NCBI RefSeq assembly: GCF_000181795.1
Contig: NW_003526940.1
Coordinates: forward strand, 318,660-382,659
DNA length: 64,000 bases
From: Trichinella spiralis
Lineage: Eukaryota
Direction: 5' to 3'
Shown here: positions 1-14,561 of the stretch, piece after piece
How the letters are laid out: each line of letters starts with the position of its first letter
How positions within the stretch are numbered: position 1 is the first letter of the stretch
The notes under the pieces: model-generated
The model's database searches: none
Told to the model about the DNA's origin: nothing
What the model saw: the letters and a program-made list of their open reading frames with translations, nothing else
Position numbers and translations under genes: made by a program

Positions 1-1760
1 TTTAAAAATAATAATAGAGCAACTTGCTGTCGAAGTGTAGCAGCGTTGCGCATGCATTGGCTAGCAAATGGTTACTTCAAAAATATGAATATAATCCATA
101 TATCATCTATATGAATATATAATAAGAGTATATGTATTGATATATGATATTTTGATGTTAGAAAAAATTTTCCGCTCCCGGTATATCGGTTTGTCTGACC
201 CTGTCACTTTATATCTGTAATATTCTTCTGGTCCCACAGTTCTCAGTTGTATATCTTATTTCTTCGATCTGCTTTGCCAGAAACTGTAGTCTTCTTAAGA
301 AATGTCATGAGAACAATCATTCAAATTGTCTAAAGTAAAGAATTCATTGCGATGTATATGATGAGCAAATACTGTTTACAGTACAAAATAGTTTTTATCA
401 ACCTGATGATCTATTATTGCTTATGTTATTATTTCATTTTTGCATATATAATTGTGTGTGTTGCTGAATATTACTATTATCTTGAAGTGGATAATAATTT
501 CATAGGAATAATTGAAAATAGATTATTAAATATGTGACGTTATGCCTCAAAGGATTCTTGCGATAAACAATCAATTTTATTAGAATGTTATAATGCACAA
601 AGTACAAGAACAGCTTAGTGATCAGTGAAAGAATAAATTTTAGATTAAAATCATACTTCCGGAAGTGATAAGCTAAGCAAATTTACAACTTCCGCATTTG
701 CGTTTTGCAAGTTGTTCAGATGTGATTCAGTTTTTCAGCAATTGCTTCACGCACTAAAGCTTAACAACACTTCTGGGTAAAACTCAGAATTTGTCTGAAA
801 AATCCTAAATGTAGCGTCAACAGCTTTAATTTATTCACAAATAACGCCAACGTCAGTGCTGAGGCAGATGTTCAAAAACAAGAAATTGATTAGAATTGAC
901 GATAACAAATTGACCAAATTTGCAATTTTAATATTTAAAATAGCCTGAGGAAAAAATTTTGACTTTGAACAATGATTGAACAAGAACGCAAAAATGTTTC
1001 CATGTTTCCCAAAGGGTATCCTACCATAGTTTTATTTGTAATTTGAACTAAATTTAGAAAGTTTAATCAAAGGAAAAGAATATGAAATCCTAAAATCAAA
1101 GATTATTATAATAACAGCAATTGCCACGATGCTAAATGCATCAACATAATGATATACTACAGACTCGTAAAATTGAAGTTGGAATTTACAATAAAATTAG
1201 TCAGATTTGAAAAAATTCAAGGAATTATATTTTTGTTTCCACCCAAGAAGGCAAAATATTAAGGGATAGACCTTGAATTTCCCCCAATGAAACTCTGCCT
1301 ACTTTTTTCGCAGCCAAATGTCATTTGGTTTGCTGGCTCTGACCGCACACAACTAAANTTTCATTGAATTGAAACATGGTGTTTGCTTNATGAATTNTGC
1401 ATAGTGACTGTCAGNCGACGTGTCCTGTTAGCATCGGCAATTCATAGTTNANNANTCNNTTCNNCNNNNNNGCCNNNNNCNANCNNANNGNNNNNNNNNN
1501 NANNNTANNNNNNNAAAAGTNTGCGGAGTTCGTTTGGGGAAATCGATCCTAAAACCAATGTATTATATGGCAACTCGAATATGTGTTTGATGTGATACAC
1601 ATGACCAGCCAATTTCCACTAGCCGGGCTGTTTAGACCTGATACATTATGGTGATCAATAGTCTACCAGAATACAACTGGTTGACTTAGATTCTATGAGA
1701 AGACACGCGGAATCTATACGAATGATTGTAATACTTATAGCTGCTATGGATATGCACATT

Positions 1761-2594
1761 NNNNNNNNNNNNNNNNNNNNNNNNNNNNNNNNNNNNNNNN
1801 NNNNNNNNNNNNNNNNNNNNNNNNNNNNNNNNNNNNNNNNNNNNNNNNNNNNNNNNNNNNNNNNNNNNNNNNNNNNNNNNNNNNNNNNNNNNNNNNNNNN
1901 NNNNNNNNNNNNNNNNNNNNNNNNNNNNNNNNNNNNNNNNNNNNNNNNNNNNNNNNNNNNNNNNNNNNNNNNNNNNNNNNNNNNNNNNNNNNNNNNNNNN
2001 NNNNNNNNNNNNNNNNNNNNNNNNNNNNNNNNNNNNNNNNNNNNNNNNNNNNNNNNNNNNNNNNNNNNNNNNNNNNNNNNNNNNNNNNNNNNNNNNNNNN
2101 NNNNNNNNNNNNNNNNNNNNNNNNNNNNNNNNNNNNNNNNNNNNNNNNNNNNNNNNNNNNNNNNNNNNNNNNNNNNNNNNNNNNNNNNNNNNNNNNNNNN
2201 NNNNNNNNNNNNNNNNNNNNNNNNNNNNNNNNNNNNNNNNNNNNNNNNNNNNNNNNNNNNNNNNNNNNNNNNNNNNNNNNNNNNNNNNNNNNNNNNNNNN
2301 NNNNNNNNNNNNNNNNNNNNNNNNNNNNNNNNNNNNNNNNNNNNNNNNNNNNNNNNNNNNNNNNNNNNNNNNNNNNNNNNNNNNNNNNNNNNNNNNNNNN
2401 NNNNNNNNNNNNNNNNNNNNNNNNNNNNNNNNNNNNNNNNNNNNNNNNNNNNNNNNNNNNNNNNNNNNNNNNNNNNNNNNNNNNNNNNNNNNNNNNNNNN
2501 NNNNNNNNNNNNNNNNNNNNNNNNNNNNNNNNNNNNNNNNNNNNNNNNNNNNNNNNNNNNNNNNNNNNNNNNNNNNNNNNNNNNNNNNNNNNNN
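1761..2594. other. Assembly gap (run of N)
   Basis: 834 consecutive N. Low-quality N-rich sequence also occurs at about 1359-1521 and 61124-61955. Confidence 0.99.
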
Positions 2595-2599
2595 CGTCT

Positions 2600-3386
2600 A
2601 ATCATGCGTGAAATTAAGTGAAATTGCGAGCTAACACGTAACGTTAGCATTAGTGCCATTTGTAACCCGGAAATTGGAAGTGTTGCTACAACATTCCAGA
2701 TTTTTCAAACAGATTATTCAGTATTCTGATATTACACCCGGAAGTTAACATCCAATCTTGATATATTTCAACAGGCAACAAATTTATTTACAAACAGTGA
2801 GAGCAGATTTATATATCAGGAGGGAAATCTCTACTAGACCATTGTTGGCTGTTCTTTACTGTTCTTGCTGCTGCTGTTGGTTAGTGAAAAATAAAAATCA
2901 CTATTTAACTTATATTTTGTATTCTTTTTTTTGAATTATGACTATCGCATTTGATATAACGTCACTTTGGTACAATAAAATGTAGAATAATGATAAAAAT
3001 TATTTTCGGGAATGCTGATCATGAAAAAGTATAAACTTCACCACAAATAATATATTTAAATAAACAGAATTTCAATGAATGACAAAACTTCAAACAAACA
3101 ATAAAATTTTGGAATAATAAATATTTCCTTTTTTTATGTTACGTCACTATTATTAAAGTTACGTAATCCTAAATGGAATATTTGAACCAATGAAATAAAA
3201 AAATATTACAGCTAATCACAACTGAAGAGTTTGAATCAATGAGCAATTAGACAAGGAAAACCAATACGACAAAGACTTCACGGCCCAATAAAATGAAAAC
3301 CAATACGACAAAGATTTGACGGTCCAATAAAATAGCGTGGGCAAAGACCAATAAGAGAAAAGTGGGACCGAGTAAAACCACCCCGC
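2600..3386 (+). repeat. Dispersed repeat, copy 1 (near-identical to 61220-62040)
   Basis: Runs from aatcatgcgt..aaattgcgagctaacacgtaacgttagc to gtgggaccgagtaaaaccaccccgc, co-linear with 61220-62040. Contains a 39-bp tandem duplication at 3256-3333. Confidence 0.9.
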
Positions 3387-4529
3387 ATCTTTTTAGTGTT
3401 TGAGTGATTTTTGGTCAGTGGCTAGTTTGGTCCTTTGCTACTTCTCTTGAGACGTCAGTTGGTCGTCTTCCCAATCGTCTTGACGTTAGGGGTGGCGTTG
3501 GAGAAGACGCACGAGAATGGCTTCTGGAACTTCACAAGACACAAGGACTGACTAACTTGGCAAGTGAAGCTTAGTAGGTCCATTGTGCCTGTGCATGTTC
3601 CAGGCATCCCTTTTCTGTCCCTCTTATACAGTTGCCATGCATCTGTCATGGCAGTGCTGATGATCCAAAAAAAATGCGACGGGTCCATTTTCGACTTTTG
3701 TGTTCGATGCGGTATAGAGCAGCAAGCATGTTGTTCAGGTCTATGCCACCCATATTCATGTTGTAATTTTTTTAAATGTTTGATCCCTGCGAATGTTAAA
3801 ATGTTTGCAACTGCGATGATCCCTTTTTTAGCGTAAGTTCTAAAGTCATAAGCACCTCTGCCCTTTGACTTCAGATCTTTTTTAGAGAGCAGCGGGCAGC
3901 CACGAAGTCTGTTTGGTCTAATGGTCCCACAGGATAGGATCCCCATTTTTTTATCCGCAGCTGTAATGCAAGAAATGTGTAGTAGTTATCAAAGAACAGT
4001 TTGTAGTTTCTGTTCTTTGGCAACGTTTTACACAGTTTTAATACATAATTTGCCGGTTGAAAAGGCAGTGGGTCCTCCACATAATGGGGGTTGGGCAAGC
4101 GATTCTGAGTACGTTGAGGGTAGTAAATGTGAAGTGCCGTTTCCGTTAAAGTCCAGTGTATCAAAATTGATACAGGTAATCTAAGCAACTCTACTCAGCA
4201 CCCCAGTAATTTTAGAGGCTGCTGTCAATTTTAACATCATCTTCACATCAACATTTACTAGTAAAAAAATTATTATCCTTAAATTCTGCTCAGTTCTCAA
4301 TTTATGCATCAAAATGCAAATTCATGTTTTTTCGTCTCACCTACCTGTACAGTAGGGCGCATTATAAAAAATCTACTAAGATGAGAAAAAAAATGGTAAT
4401 AAAATATTGTTAAGACAAGTGTCAAGAACACATAAACACAATCAGGGCTAACAAACACTTTTCAGTATATAGCTATGGGGCATAAAACATTGTGTATCAA
4501 AATTGATAGGCTGGGCCTGAAAGGGTTAT
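3387..4529 (-). mobile_element. Degenerate piggyBac (PGBD3-like) transposon remnant
   Basis: Frameshifted, deleted minus-strand peptides KLFFDNYYT..LQLRIKK/GILSCGTIRPNRLRGCPLLSKKDLKSKGRGAYD and AMTDAWQLYKRD..MDLLSF, typical of a piggyBac DDD transposase. Possible terminus aaaggg-ttat at 4520-4529. A subterminal repeat gtgtatcaaaattgata occurs at about 4156 and 4492. Confidence 0.8.
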
Positions 4530-4954
4530 CGATAATGGCTGTTGTTGCTCTTCACTTCTCTTGTTAAATAGTTATAAATTGAACTATCGTTTTTTATCCT
4601 ACTTTGATGATTTCACCATTAACTTACATATTTTTGATTTCTCAGATTTGTCTTTTGCCATAATTTCACATTTGGAATTTTTAGTTGCTTTTTAGATCTT
4701 GCAGCCTTACAAGAAGGATGCGGTCTGCAGTTACTGTTTTTTAATTGAGTTTAATTTCGAATCCAATTGCCGAAACTGAAAAATGACTATTTTTTAATGA
4801 AAATTTTCTCGCATTTTTTGCCAATAAAAGACTTTAAAATTATTAAAATTGGAAATACTTTGATACCATCATGTACAGAATTTTTCGAACTATCCAATAA
4901 AGCAAATTTCATAAAAATTGAACATAATTCCAGCTTTTTACACATGCTTTTCTA

Positions 4955-5184
4955 AAGTGGAGTGGACCACGCCCCAACAATCCAACAACGTACCTTTTAA
5001 CTTTACGATGTTCTGTAGACCGAATGAAAATTCCTGGAACATTGCAATTTTTTTCAAAATATGTCTTATTGTTTCAAAAAAGATGTCACAAAGCTTCAGA
5101 CTATGAAAATGAAAATTGACAGAATGCGACGAAAAGAAAACCCCCTGGGGTGGGCTCCACCCCAACAATCCATCAAAGTGTTAA
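4955..5184 (-). mobile_element. Possible end of a TTAA-type non-autonomous element
   Basis: The minus strand begins TTAA-CACTTTGATGGATTGTTGGGGTGG. The motif ccccaacaatcca repeats at about 4972 and 5160. No partner terminus was found. Confidence 0.3.
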
Positions 5185-5821
5185 AACTTTTATGTCATGG
5201 CAACATCCCAAATTTCTCACCACACTATCAACTAATAAATTTCACAGACAACAATCAGTGAATAATAATATGCATAACTTTGGACGTCCGTGTACTATTG
5301 TTATTTTCTATTTAATTTTGGCAATTTTTGTATTTATGAAATATACAAAAAGTTGCCAATCACTGATAACATCCCGTGCATAATAATAATAATAATAATA
5401 TGGTATATTTCGAAAGATTATGTCAAACTAATTTATCATATGTAGAAAACTATCAGTACGTAATACTGGAACAGATATATGAAAACTATCATAACTGCAT
5501 TCACTTCTTATTTTATAGATAAAATAATGGAAACAAATATACAGCAAAAGCAAAAGCAAAAGCTAAGCTAAAATATACCTTTTATTTTGAAGCAAATACG
5601 TTGCAAGATAAATATTTAATTGAAGCTTCCTTACATATATGAAGATCAAGTTTTTACAAATCTAGCGTTTGATAAAACAACAATCAATTTATTCATTCTA
5701 TATTTATTCAACAGCAACAACGGTTTAAACGAAAATCAAATCTCTTCTAGGATAGAAATGATCAAGTTAAATAAATTAACACTGATTCCAATTGCAAGAG
5801 ATTGAACACAACTAAAATGTT

Positions 5822-8800
5822 TTACATTTCCAATAAGCTTAATGCAAATGCTTCTTGATCTTCCAAAGTAAGTTCGCCCATACATTTTGAATTGCTCATT
5901 TTCTTTTTTTTTGATTCAATTTCTTTCTCTTTCAAATTCTTCTGTGTTTTCCTAAATGTAAATTCACACAACAATGACACTTTAGCATTTTGAAAATTTC
6001 TATAAATTTTATAGAACTCAAGTGTCGCGCATTATCTTTCTTTTACCGATAATTATTAAAGTTACCTTTTCAACTGTGCATCAGGAACAACTACTTCTTC
6101 CTCTGAATATTTATAAACCTTGTCTGGATCAGGAAGCCAAGATAAGTCAGGTTCTTGCTCTGCTTCAGAAGCGGAACCACTTTCTCCATTTTCCTCTTCA
6201 AAATGTGAAAGTGGAAGCTAAATAACAAAAAAAAATTCATAATTTTTTTTGAAATATAATTTTTCCTTTTATTATTCCCTCTACCTGACGATGTCGCTTT
6301 TCTGCTTTTTTCAGCTTTTTCTTCAAAAGCCGCTCCTGTAACAAAGAAAGCAAACAACATAAAAAAATATACAATGCTATGAAATGAAAAAAATATTTTA
6401 CTCGTTTTATCATTCGACTGCGTTCTCGGTGCACTTTTTTATCGATTTCATCCGCTTCCTTGAGACGCTTCTTAGCCAATTCAATGTATGATTCAGATGA
6501 GCCAGCTTCTTCAGAACGTTGCACCTCTTTCAACTGTGAAACATTGAAATAGAAATAATTGCCTTTAAAATTTACTTGTCCATAAAAACATAACAGAAAA
6601 ATATATACTTCATCGTTGCAATTATCATCATCTTCTGTAAAAATGATTTTTTGATTCAATTGTATATTCTTTTTATTCATCTTTTTCACTTTAGATGCAC
6701 GAGTGATGACAAGTTTCTTCTTTGAAATATCATTCGACATTTCAAAATTAGGGACGTTGAAATTGTCTTCCTATTAAAATTTTCGATAAATTTCATTTCA
6801 ATTGTCCAAAAGCGAACTACTAATCACCTGTCCCAAAACATTGAATACATCGTGCTGTTTAACTTTGAGAAAATCCGAATCTTCATCTGAATCCAATTGT
6901 TTCGTATCATTTTGATTATCAGGAACATGCACCATTTCATCGGAAGGTTGCTTTTCTTCAGAAAGCGAATCATCGACCAAATGAACCTTCTTGTTAACGT
7001 TTCTCAAAAAGCGCATACGCGGTACAGAGAACAATCCCATCGATCTATCAAACGAGATCAAAATTTGAAAATCAAAAAAGAAAAAAAGACATATGTTCAA
7101 CATCTACATGCACAACTCACTTAGCCAAAGCTTCTAAATCGATTTTTTCCATGTTAAAAATTTCCTTGTTTTTCGCAAAATGTAAACTTTTACAGTAGGC
7201 AACCAAAGCCTTAAAAATACCTTTACATGAGCACAATTACAATGGAAAAAATAATAAGCTCACCCTTGAACAAATAGAATGAAAATCTGGATCTTGACTA
7301 CAGAATGTTTGCAATTTTGTTTGAATATTTAAAAATTTCTCATAATTGATTCTTAAAAAACTGCAATTTACCAATGTTCGTTGAAAATCAAATGAACTTT
7401 TTACTGTATTTCAGAAATTGGAATCCGTTTCTCTTTAAGATGTTCAATGAAGATCGTCTGCGCAGGATTGACAATCAAAAGTGCACGACCTTTATTATTG
7501 TAACGAGCTGTTCTTCCACTTCGATGAATATATTCCGCCAAATCGGCAGGACAATCGACTTGAACAACCCAATCAACACATGGAAAATCTGAAATTCCCC
7601 CAAAACGCTGCAAGCATGAATTAAGCATACAAAATTATACAGAAAAAAAGTATACGAACCCAAGCCGCGAGCAGCTATGTCGGTTGAAAACATCACAACA
7701 AATTTTTTACGCTGGAATTCTTTGAATACGTTGACTCGCTTTTGCAAACTCATCGACCCGTGCAAGTGCAGTACCGTCAGTCCAGGCTGAAGGCGACGAA
7801 ACGCTTCATACACAAATCTAACCTGCAAAATAATTGTAAATTTCAAAATTTATCGAAAAAAATTACAAACGCATCGATAATAGAGTTCACCAACTTGTTT
7901 GCAATTTGTAAAAAAAGCAAGAACTTTACACTTGGTATGGGTTCGAAGAAATGACCAGAAATAATTTAGCTTATCTTCTTCTTTACAGACAACGAAATTC
8001 TACAACAATTATTTTGCATAAATTTCAAATGTACATTGCAAAAATTAATACTTCAAACCTGCTTCAATCGCTCGGGAGTACAGAACTTTGAATTTTCATG
8101 TACAGATACGTATACTGGATTTTTCAAAGATAGTCGAGCCAAATCTTTCACTGATCTAAAAGAAAACTGTAAGATGACAATATTCTTTCAAAAAGTTTTC
8201 ACTAATTGCATTAGCTTATTCAGCATAATGCTAGCTACATGTTATGCCAAAGCAAAGCATCGTAAAAATCTGCTCCTCATAAATAAAATAACAAAAATAA
8301 TTTATTAATCGCAACATTAACAGTTCTCCAAAAAAAAATCAAATTCAATATTTCATACTGCTTATTACATCAGCATTTTTTAAATCTAAACTTTCATATT
8401 TACAAACAATAATAAACAAACCTAGTAATACATTTATACAAAAACTGACTTACTTTGTTTGCGTAGCCGAATACAGTAAAGTTTGCCGAGTTTCTGGCAA
8501 ATTTTCTATGATCGCGTTAAGCTGCGCAGAAAAGCCTAAATCTAATATTCTGTCGGCTTCATCCAACACTATAGATTACATAAAAATTAATTAAATTTCA
8601 GTGTCACTTTCAGATATTCACCTATAATCTGGAGTTGTGTTGTGTCAAATAAAGGATTCTCATCCATGTGTTGCAACAGTCGTCCCGGTGTACAAACCAC
8701 AAGATTGCTTTGACCAATTCTCCTTTTCTCATAATCTGCATCCTATAAATCATATTTTCTAAATAACCGATAAACAATAATATATTGGGTTCAATAAAGT

Positions 8801-9617
8801 AGAAAAAAATTATTACTGTTCCTCCAATCACTAAAGCTGCGGAAAAATCATGCATGCATCCCACTTTGCAAAACGTTTCATATGTCTGCAAAGCCAATTC
8901 TCGAGTAGGTGAAATAATCAAAGCTCCGAGTCCATCGACAGATGACCATCGCTGACGCCAAAGACATTCCAAAACCTGTAAATATAAAATGCAACAAATA
9001 CAATTTTTTTCCTTCATATTCGCTTCAAATTACTCACCGGTACTACAAAAGCCAACGTTTTTCCGCTTCCCGTTTTGGCTGCACCCAAAATATCCATTCC
9101 TCTCAAAGAAAAAAGAATAGCTTCTCGTTGAATTTCTGTAGGATAGTGATAACCGGAATTCTGCAATCCTTAAATCATTAAATCTAGACTCAAAATATCA
9201 TATACAATAATAGAACAAATAAAACAATATAAACTGAATTTTCTTTTCATCAGTCACATTAACTGTTACAATTATCATACTATTCGTCAAAAAAATTCAA
9301 TTTGACTTAAATTACAACTGAAAAATTAGCTACAAACAATTTTCTGAAGAAATTCAAAAAAATAAGATAAAAAATTTCAATTTATACCATGTTTCGTTCT
9401 TCGTGATAATGGAAAGTCTGAAAATTTCTGTAAGTTGCAAGAATCAACCTGCAATTAAAAAACTGAAACGTAACAGTGTAAAAATATATAAACAGATGCA
9501 TACTTTATCATATTCTTCTTGCACTTTCTTTATTTCTTCTTCTTCTTCTTGTTTCTTTGCAGTTTTACATTTCCTTGTTGATCTATTTACTTTTTTCTCT
9601 ACCTTATGGTTAAACAT
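5822..9617 (-). CDS. DDX10: ATP-dependent RNA helicase DDX10/Dbp4 (multi-exon)
   Basis: Spliced by eye from ATG 9617 (MFNHKVEKK). Motifs found: Q motif [38 protein letters not shown] ([13 protein letters not shown]), [45 protein letters not shown]-terminus [14 protein letters not shown] with stop at 5822-5824. Introns are GT-AG. Confidence 0.93.
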
Positions 9618-10099
9618 ATCATCAAAATGTGAGAGTTCCTAAATTAAATGCATTAAACATTCCATCGTTACAAATTATTTCTCACAAAATTACCTTATTT
9701 TAAATGAAAATTATTTATATATATTCATAAAAATTATATTAATAAATTAATACACTAAAACTAAAATGTGTAAACAAAATACGGCATCCGACAAGTAAAT
9801 CATTGAAAGTATACAATAAAAATGCAGGTTCAATTGACAGTAAGACGAATTCAGAAACTTTTATTTAAAAAAAACATGCATATGTAGCATAAAATGAATT
9901 AAACATTTTCATTAATATTTTATTTTTAATTTTAATTCAACTGCTGAAATAATATGATAATATGCACAAGATACAGATTGTACTATGTTGTATATGAACA
10001 TGAAAGGCTGTTCAGTGGCAGATGTTAGTATGAATTCTTTCTGTATACAAAGTTCGCAATTTTATTGCAATGTATTACCTATTTTAAAAAATTATAAAT

Positions 10100-10620
10100 A
10101 ATTAGAATAATGATACATAACAATAAGAACCGTCTGTATTTTGTTATACTGTAAATCAAACGGAAAATCTACACCACCATCTTTTTCCTGTTCGGTTTTC
10201 TCCTTTAGATTTCTGCCGAATTCTTAACTATTCTCGGCTTGTATTTTCTTTCTGTTCAATAAAGAGTTTTAGACTGCGAGCGTTTTCATATCGAAATCAT
10301 CATTGTGATTTTATATACTTTGATCCTTCGAGCTGGATAATTTGAATCTCCGACAATTGGATAGAAATATGATGAAATGTAACTGACAGAAAAGCAGACA
10401 CACCACTTAACCAGTTTCAGCTGAATATATATGTATGTTTTATTTATTTATTTTATTTTATTTAACGAGGCGGATGTATTGATTGGAGGATCATGGGAAC
10501 CGCCATGACCTTGATCGATGTTTCAGAATTATGTTATATTAAAGATCCGCTAAATGTTTCAGCAGGCGTCCTTTAAGCGCCGCTTTCCCATAATCCTTTG
10601 TCTTTGACGCCGTCATCTTG
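10100..10620 (+). mobile_element. Possible ancient BEL/Pao remnant (LTR 3' end, PBS, protease-region scrap)
   Basis: AATAAA at 10258, then tgatccttcgagctggat at 10321, close to the tRNA-Tyr PBS TGGTCCTTCGAGCCGGAT. A short frame EADVLIG at about 10467 resembles the DVLxG motif of the BEL element at about 41000. Boundaries are approximate. Confidence 0.3.
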
Positions 10621-13600
10621 CTTCTATTTTACAATTTGTACAGTCTTCATTTTTTTAACTCATTGAAAAATAGTTTCTTGTTAATGAACAATTAACTTGA
10701 ATTGAATGCAAAACTTGCTTGAGTTAGTCTTAATCCAAATATCTTTATATTATTGACTGTAATTAGCATGTTTATTTTTGCTTAAAACTTACTCTGTTCT
10801 TTCATATTCAGTGCAATTTAAACACATATTAAACAATTTCAATCATAATTAAATAAAGGCACGTGAATATTATGCTTTATTATTTATTATATACTTTTTT
10901 GCTGTTATTAGACGCTTATAAATTTATAAGTACGGGAAACCTTCTCTAACAGTTGCTTTATGACTTGGTGACAACGACAATTTAGTCGTCTTAGAGAAAG
11001 AAAATTACTATGTAGAAATAAGATTTCAACATAGTTTAACAAGATGTTAAATGCTTATTTTCCAGAAGAATAATTTGCCATTAACTTATAGTTGAACATT
11101 TCTTATATTCAGTTAATCAAAATTGCTGATGAAAAAAAATTTTCTTCGAAAATATCCTAGAATGCATATTGATTAACAGGAATAAAGTTTCAATATTGTA
11201 GTTTCTAGAGACCAAATGCTTTCCTTTCGTTTTATAATCTGTAATTAATTTTTCTCAGTTGTTAAGATACGCTTAGCACGTTATCAACCAAAAGTCTGAA
11301 ACATATAATGGTAATTTTAAGCCCACTTTTAGATTTTTCAATTGTCATTCCATGATGCATAATGAGATTGCTGGAAACAGTTAACTTTTGCGCCAAACGA
11401 TATATCTGCTCCTTGCAAGCCATAAAACTTACAACGACTGAACAGCTGCAGTTTTAATATATGTTGTTATAGGCTAGTGACTGTTGGCAACTACACTTAA
11501 TAGCGTGTTCTGGGTGTTGCTTAGGTCGTGCGGCAGTAAGCAGTTGCGTTCCCACGTACGGCAATAAATAGTAATTTGTCAGCCGCCAGTTATAATCACA
11601 AGCATTTGTTGAAAAGTATTAACAAGCCTGGAATTTTATGTTATCAGTAATATGGAAAATTAATTTTTTTAATTCAAATTGTTTTTCAGAACGATTGAAG
11701 CAAAATTATACAAAATAAGAGAATACTGTAGTAAATATTTGTTAATACTTATGGTATATTAAATAGTTTTAAAATAAGACATTTAATTGGCAAATATAAA
11801 TATTCTGAGTATGCGAAATTAGTTCACAAGCATAAAATTTTCATTAATTTTTTTTTATTTTATTACCAGTTATATTAACTGTTGATTAAATATTTTATAC
11901 TGCATTGTAAGTGATTTATGATATGTAATACATGATTGTATTTTAATTTTTGAATAAAATTATTATATTTAATTAAATAAACTTTCGAAATTCTAAAATA
12001 TAAGCTTAAAGTGTAAGAATTTAAGAAAACTTACAATGCAGAATAAATTACAGCTAAAAGATTTTAACTATAGAAAATAACATTTTCTTTGCACTTTGGA
12101 AGTTGCTTACAATTTTTCAACAGTACAATTAATTTAAAATATTTTTTGCTCCAATGTGCTTTTGATTGTAATTCCCATCACATGACAGCAAATAGGCTAA
12201 CTGAGATCACTTTTGGTGTAGATATAATCTCCAGGCCTGTGATTTAACAAAATAAGGTAAATCAATTGGAAAATAGCGAATTGTTTCCAAAAATATTTGC
12301 CCGACTTCAGTGAAGAAAATTGCAACAGCATGTTAGTTGGCATTTGTTACATTTGCAAATGCTTTGCTCTTTTTTATTTGAAATAGCATGTTCCCAGGAG
12401 CATTGACATTCTACTGGCAGTATTTTCAAACACAAATTCACTGCTGTTATTTGTTGGTTTTCTTTTAATTTTCTGTTCTTGTCATTTGGAAGATTAAACT
12501 GCGTGCATAAGTAATTTAATGTTGAAGATTAGAGTTGGCAGTATGTTATGCAAATGTTTTTAAAATTTTTCTTCTTTACTGATAACATTTGTAAGCAATA
12601 AATTTTGAAATTCATTCAAATTCTTCATTGTTTATTTATACTGTAGATAGCAAATGAATGTTTTCTTGATCATTTGAACAAATTCTTTGTTCTACTGATC
12701 ATAGTATTTCAGATTTGTCTCGTATTATTACTTTTTAATTTCATGTTATGAAGTATTTACTTTATTTCATATGCTAATTCTGGTAAGTAAATTTAAAGGG
12801 AACGATACTGTAAATTCAGATAAGAAGATAATCGAAGAAAATATATTAATATAAAATGAATTAGGTAAAATGTTTCGATTGCTTAAAGGGAATATTTTGT
12901 ATCATTTAATACAAGTCAGAATTTGTGCTTTCCCTGAGAGTTTGTAATTTTGTTGCTACAATTCTTTGATAATTTATTCGATTTTTAGCAGCAAAAAAAT
13001 CTTTTCTGATTTGCAAGCACATTTCCATTGTCAAAAGTACAGTGGGCTTGTTGTCCAACTTTTTTTCTTGCTTAAGCATCAGGATAATCGTACCATTGCA
13101 GACATTGATTGTGGCATAAAGCAAATAATTTTCCAATCGAAGGTCGACTGATTTTGTTCGTGGTGTTTATTTGCATTGCTTCAGTCATAGTTTTTTTTTC
13201 AACCTTTACTAGAAATGAAAAGTGCGAGCGTTTTTTTCATTGTTTCAATGTGGAAATTTTTCTTTGCTTTTATTAGACACAATCTTTGCAAATGCAATAT
13301 GAATTACACAAAAAAAAATTTGCAGAATATATTTTTTTTCTTTGTTGCTTTTGCTCTGTGTCGTTCGTTCTGCGTGGACGGGGGATGTGAATATTTTCTT
13401 AAATATCCTTTATATTTCATATTTCAAATCGGCTCAGCGGGTAAATTGCTGCAATGAAATTTGGCACAAGCAGTGTTCTTAAAATCTTCTACTTTTAGAA
13501 TCTATTAAAATGTGTATTATGTAAATAGTGTTATAAGAACTAACCAAAATTTAAGATTTTTAAAAATTTATTTATGCAGTAATATTAATCATTATTTTAA

Positions 13601-13701
13601 GTTATTCTTAGATGACACTTGACGCTTGAATTGCATCCATTTGTCTTCACTTTCTGGTCTTTCCAATTTTTTAATAGTAATTCTGTCATCTGATAGCAAA
13701 G

Positions 13702-14561
13702 ATGTCGAAGGTGCAGTTAGAGAATGTATTTCCTGCCGAAAAAATTATAGATACTCGAATGAAAAATGTAAGTTTTAAGCTTCATTGATAAGTAATATTT
13801 TCTTCTTCTTATTATTATTAATTATTTGCGAAAAGAGATGAAATAATATAAAGCAAATTGTATTTGATTTTAGGGAGAACGCCAGTATCTTGTACGTTGG
13901 AAAGGGTTTTCTAGATAGTAAGTTGTTCTTTCAATGGAAATCCAATTGATGGTGATGTATGCTATTTTTTATTAGTTACGATTCATGGGAACCGTCCAAG
14001 CATATATTGGATGATCGCCTTATTGCATATTTTGAATCCAATCGTACGGCAGCAAAGTTGAGACGTCGACGTCGAAGATGTCCACTTCTTGGTATGAAAA
14101 GACGTTTATGTGCAAGGAATAAAATATACAAAGCAACAATTAACCAAGTGATTAATGATGTGGCCGAATCGGATGATAATTTGGTTAACCAGTCGACAGA
14201 AGAAGAAATAAATGGAATAAGCGATGCTGGAGTTGTTGACAAAAGCGCACTGCACTCAGCTAACAGTGAAATAATTCAAATTGATCCAGGAAAAGCTGTC
14301 AACGATATAGTTGAAATTGGTAATATCAATGAAACTGAACCCAACGCCAACAATGATGATCAAATTGCATTATCATCATCACCACCACCAGCATTGTCAC
14401 CGCATTATCCTGTATATAGTCCATCCTCTTCCAGTGACGATGATCTACCTCCAACTACACGTCATATAACTGTAATCACTGACCGATTGTTTTATTTTTC
14501 GAATGCCAGAATTACCGAGGTACATCGCAATGGTGTGAATGTTTCTATAATTGAATATTAG
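13702..14561 (+). CDS. Polycomb/CBX-like chromodomain protein, paralog A (3 coding exons: 13702-13767, 13874-13917, 13976-14561)
   Basis: Spliced product MSKVQLENVFPAEKIIDTRMKN|GERQYLVRWKGFSRY|YDSWEPSKHILDDRLIAYFE is a Pc-type chromodomain. It is followed by a basic RRRRRR patch and a C-box-like tail ARITEVHRNGVNVSIIEY*. Confidence 0.85.

Noticed and set aside
1655..2659. Long ORFs of 308 and 334 aa
   Set aside because: Artefacts of translating through the N gap.
3256..3333. 39-bp direct repeat pair, considered as CRISPR-like
   Set aside because: Only two adjacent units with no spacers, in a eukaryotic context.
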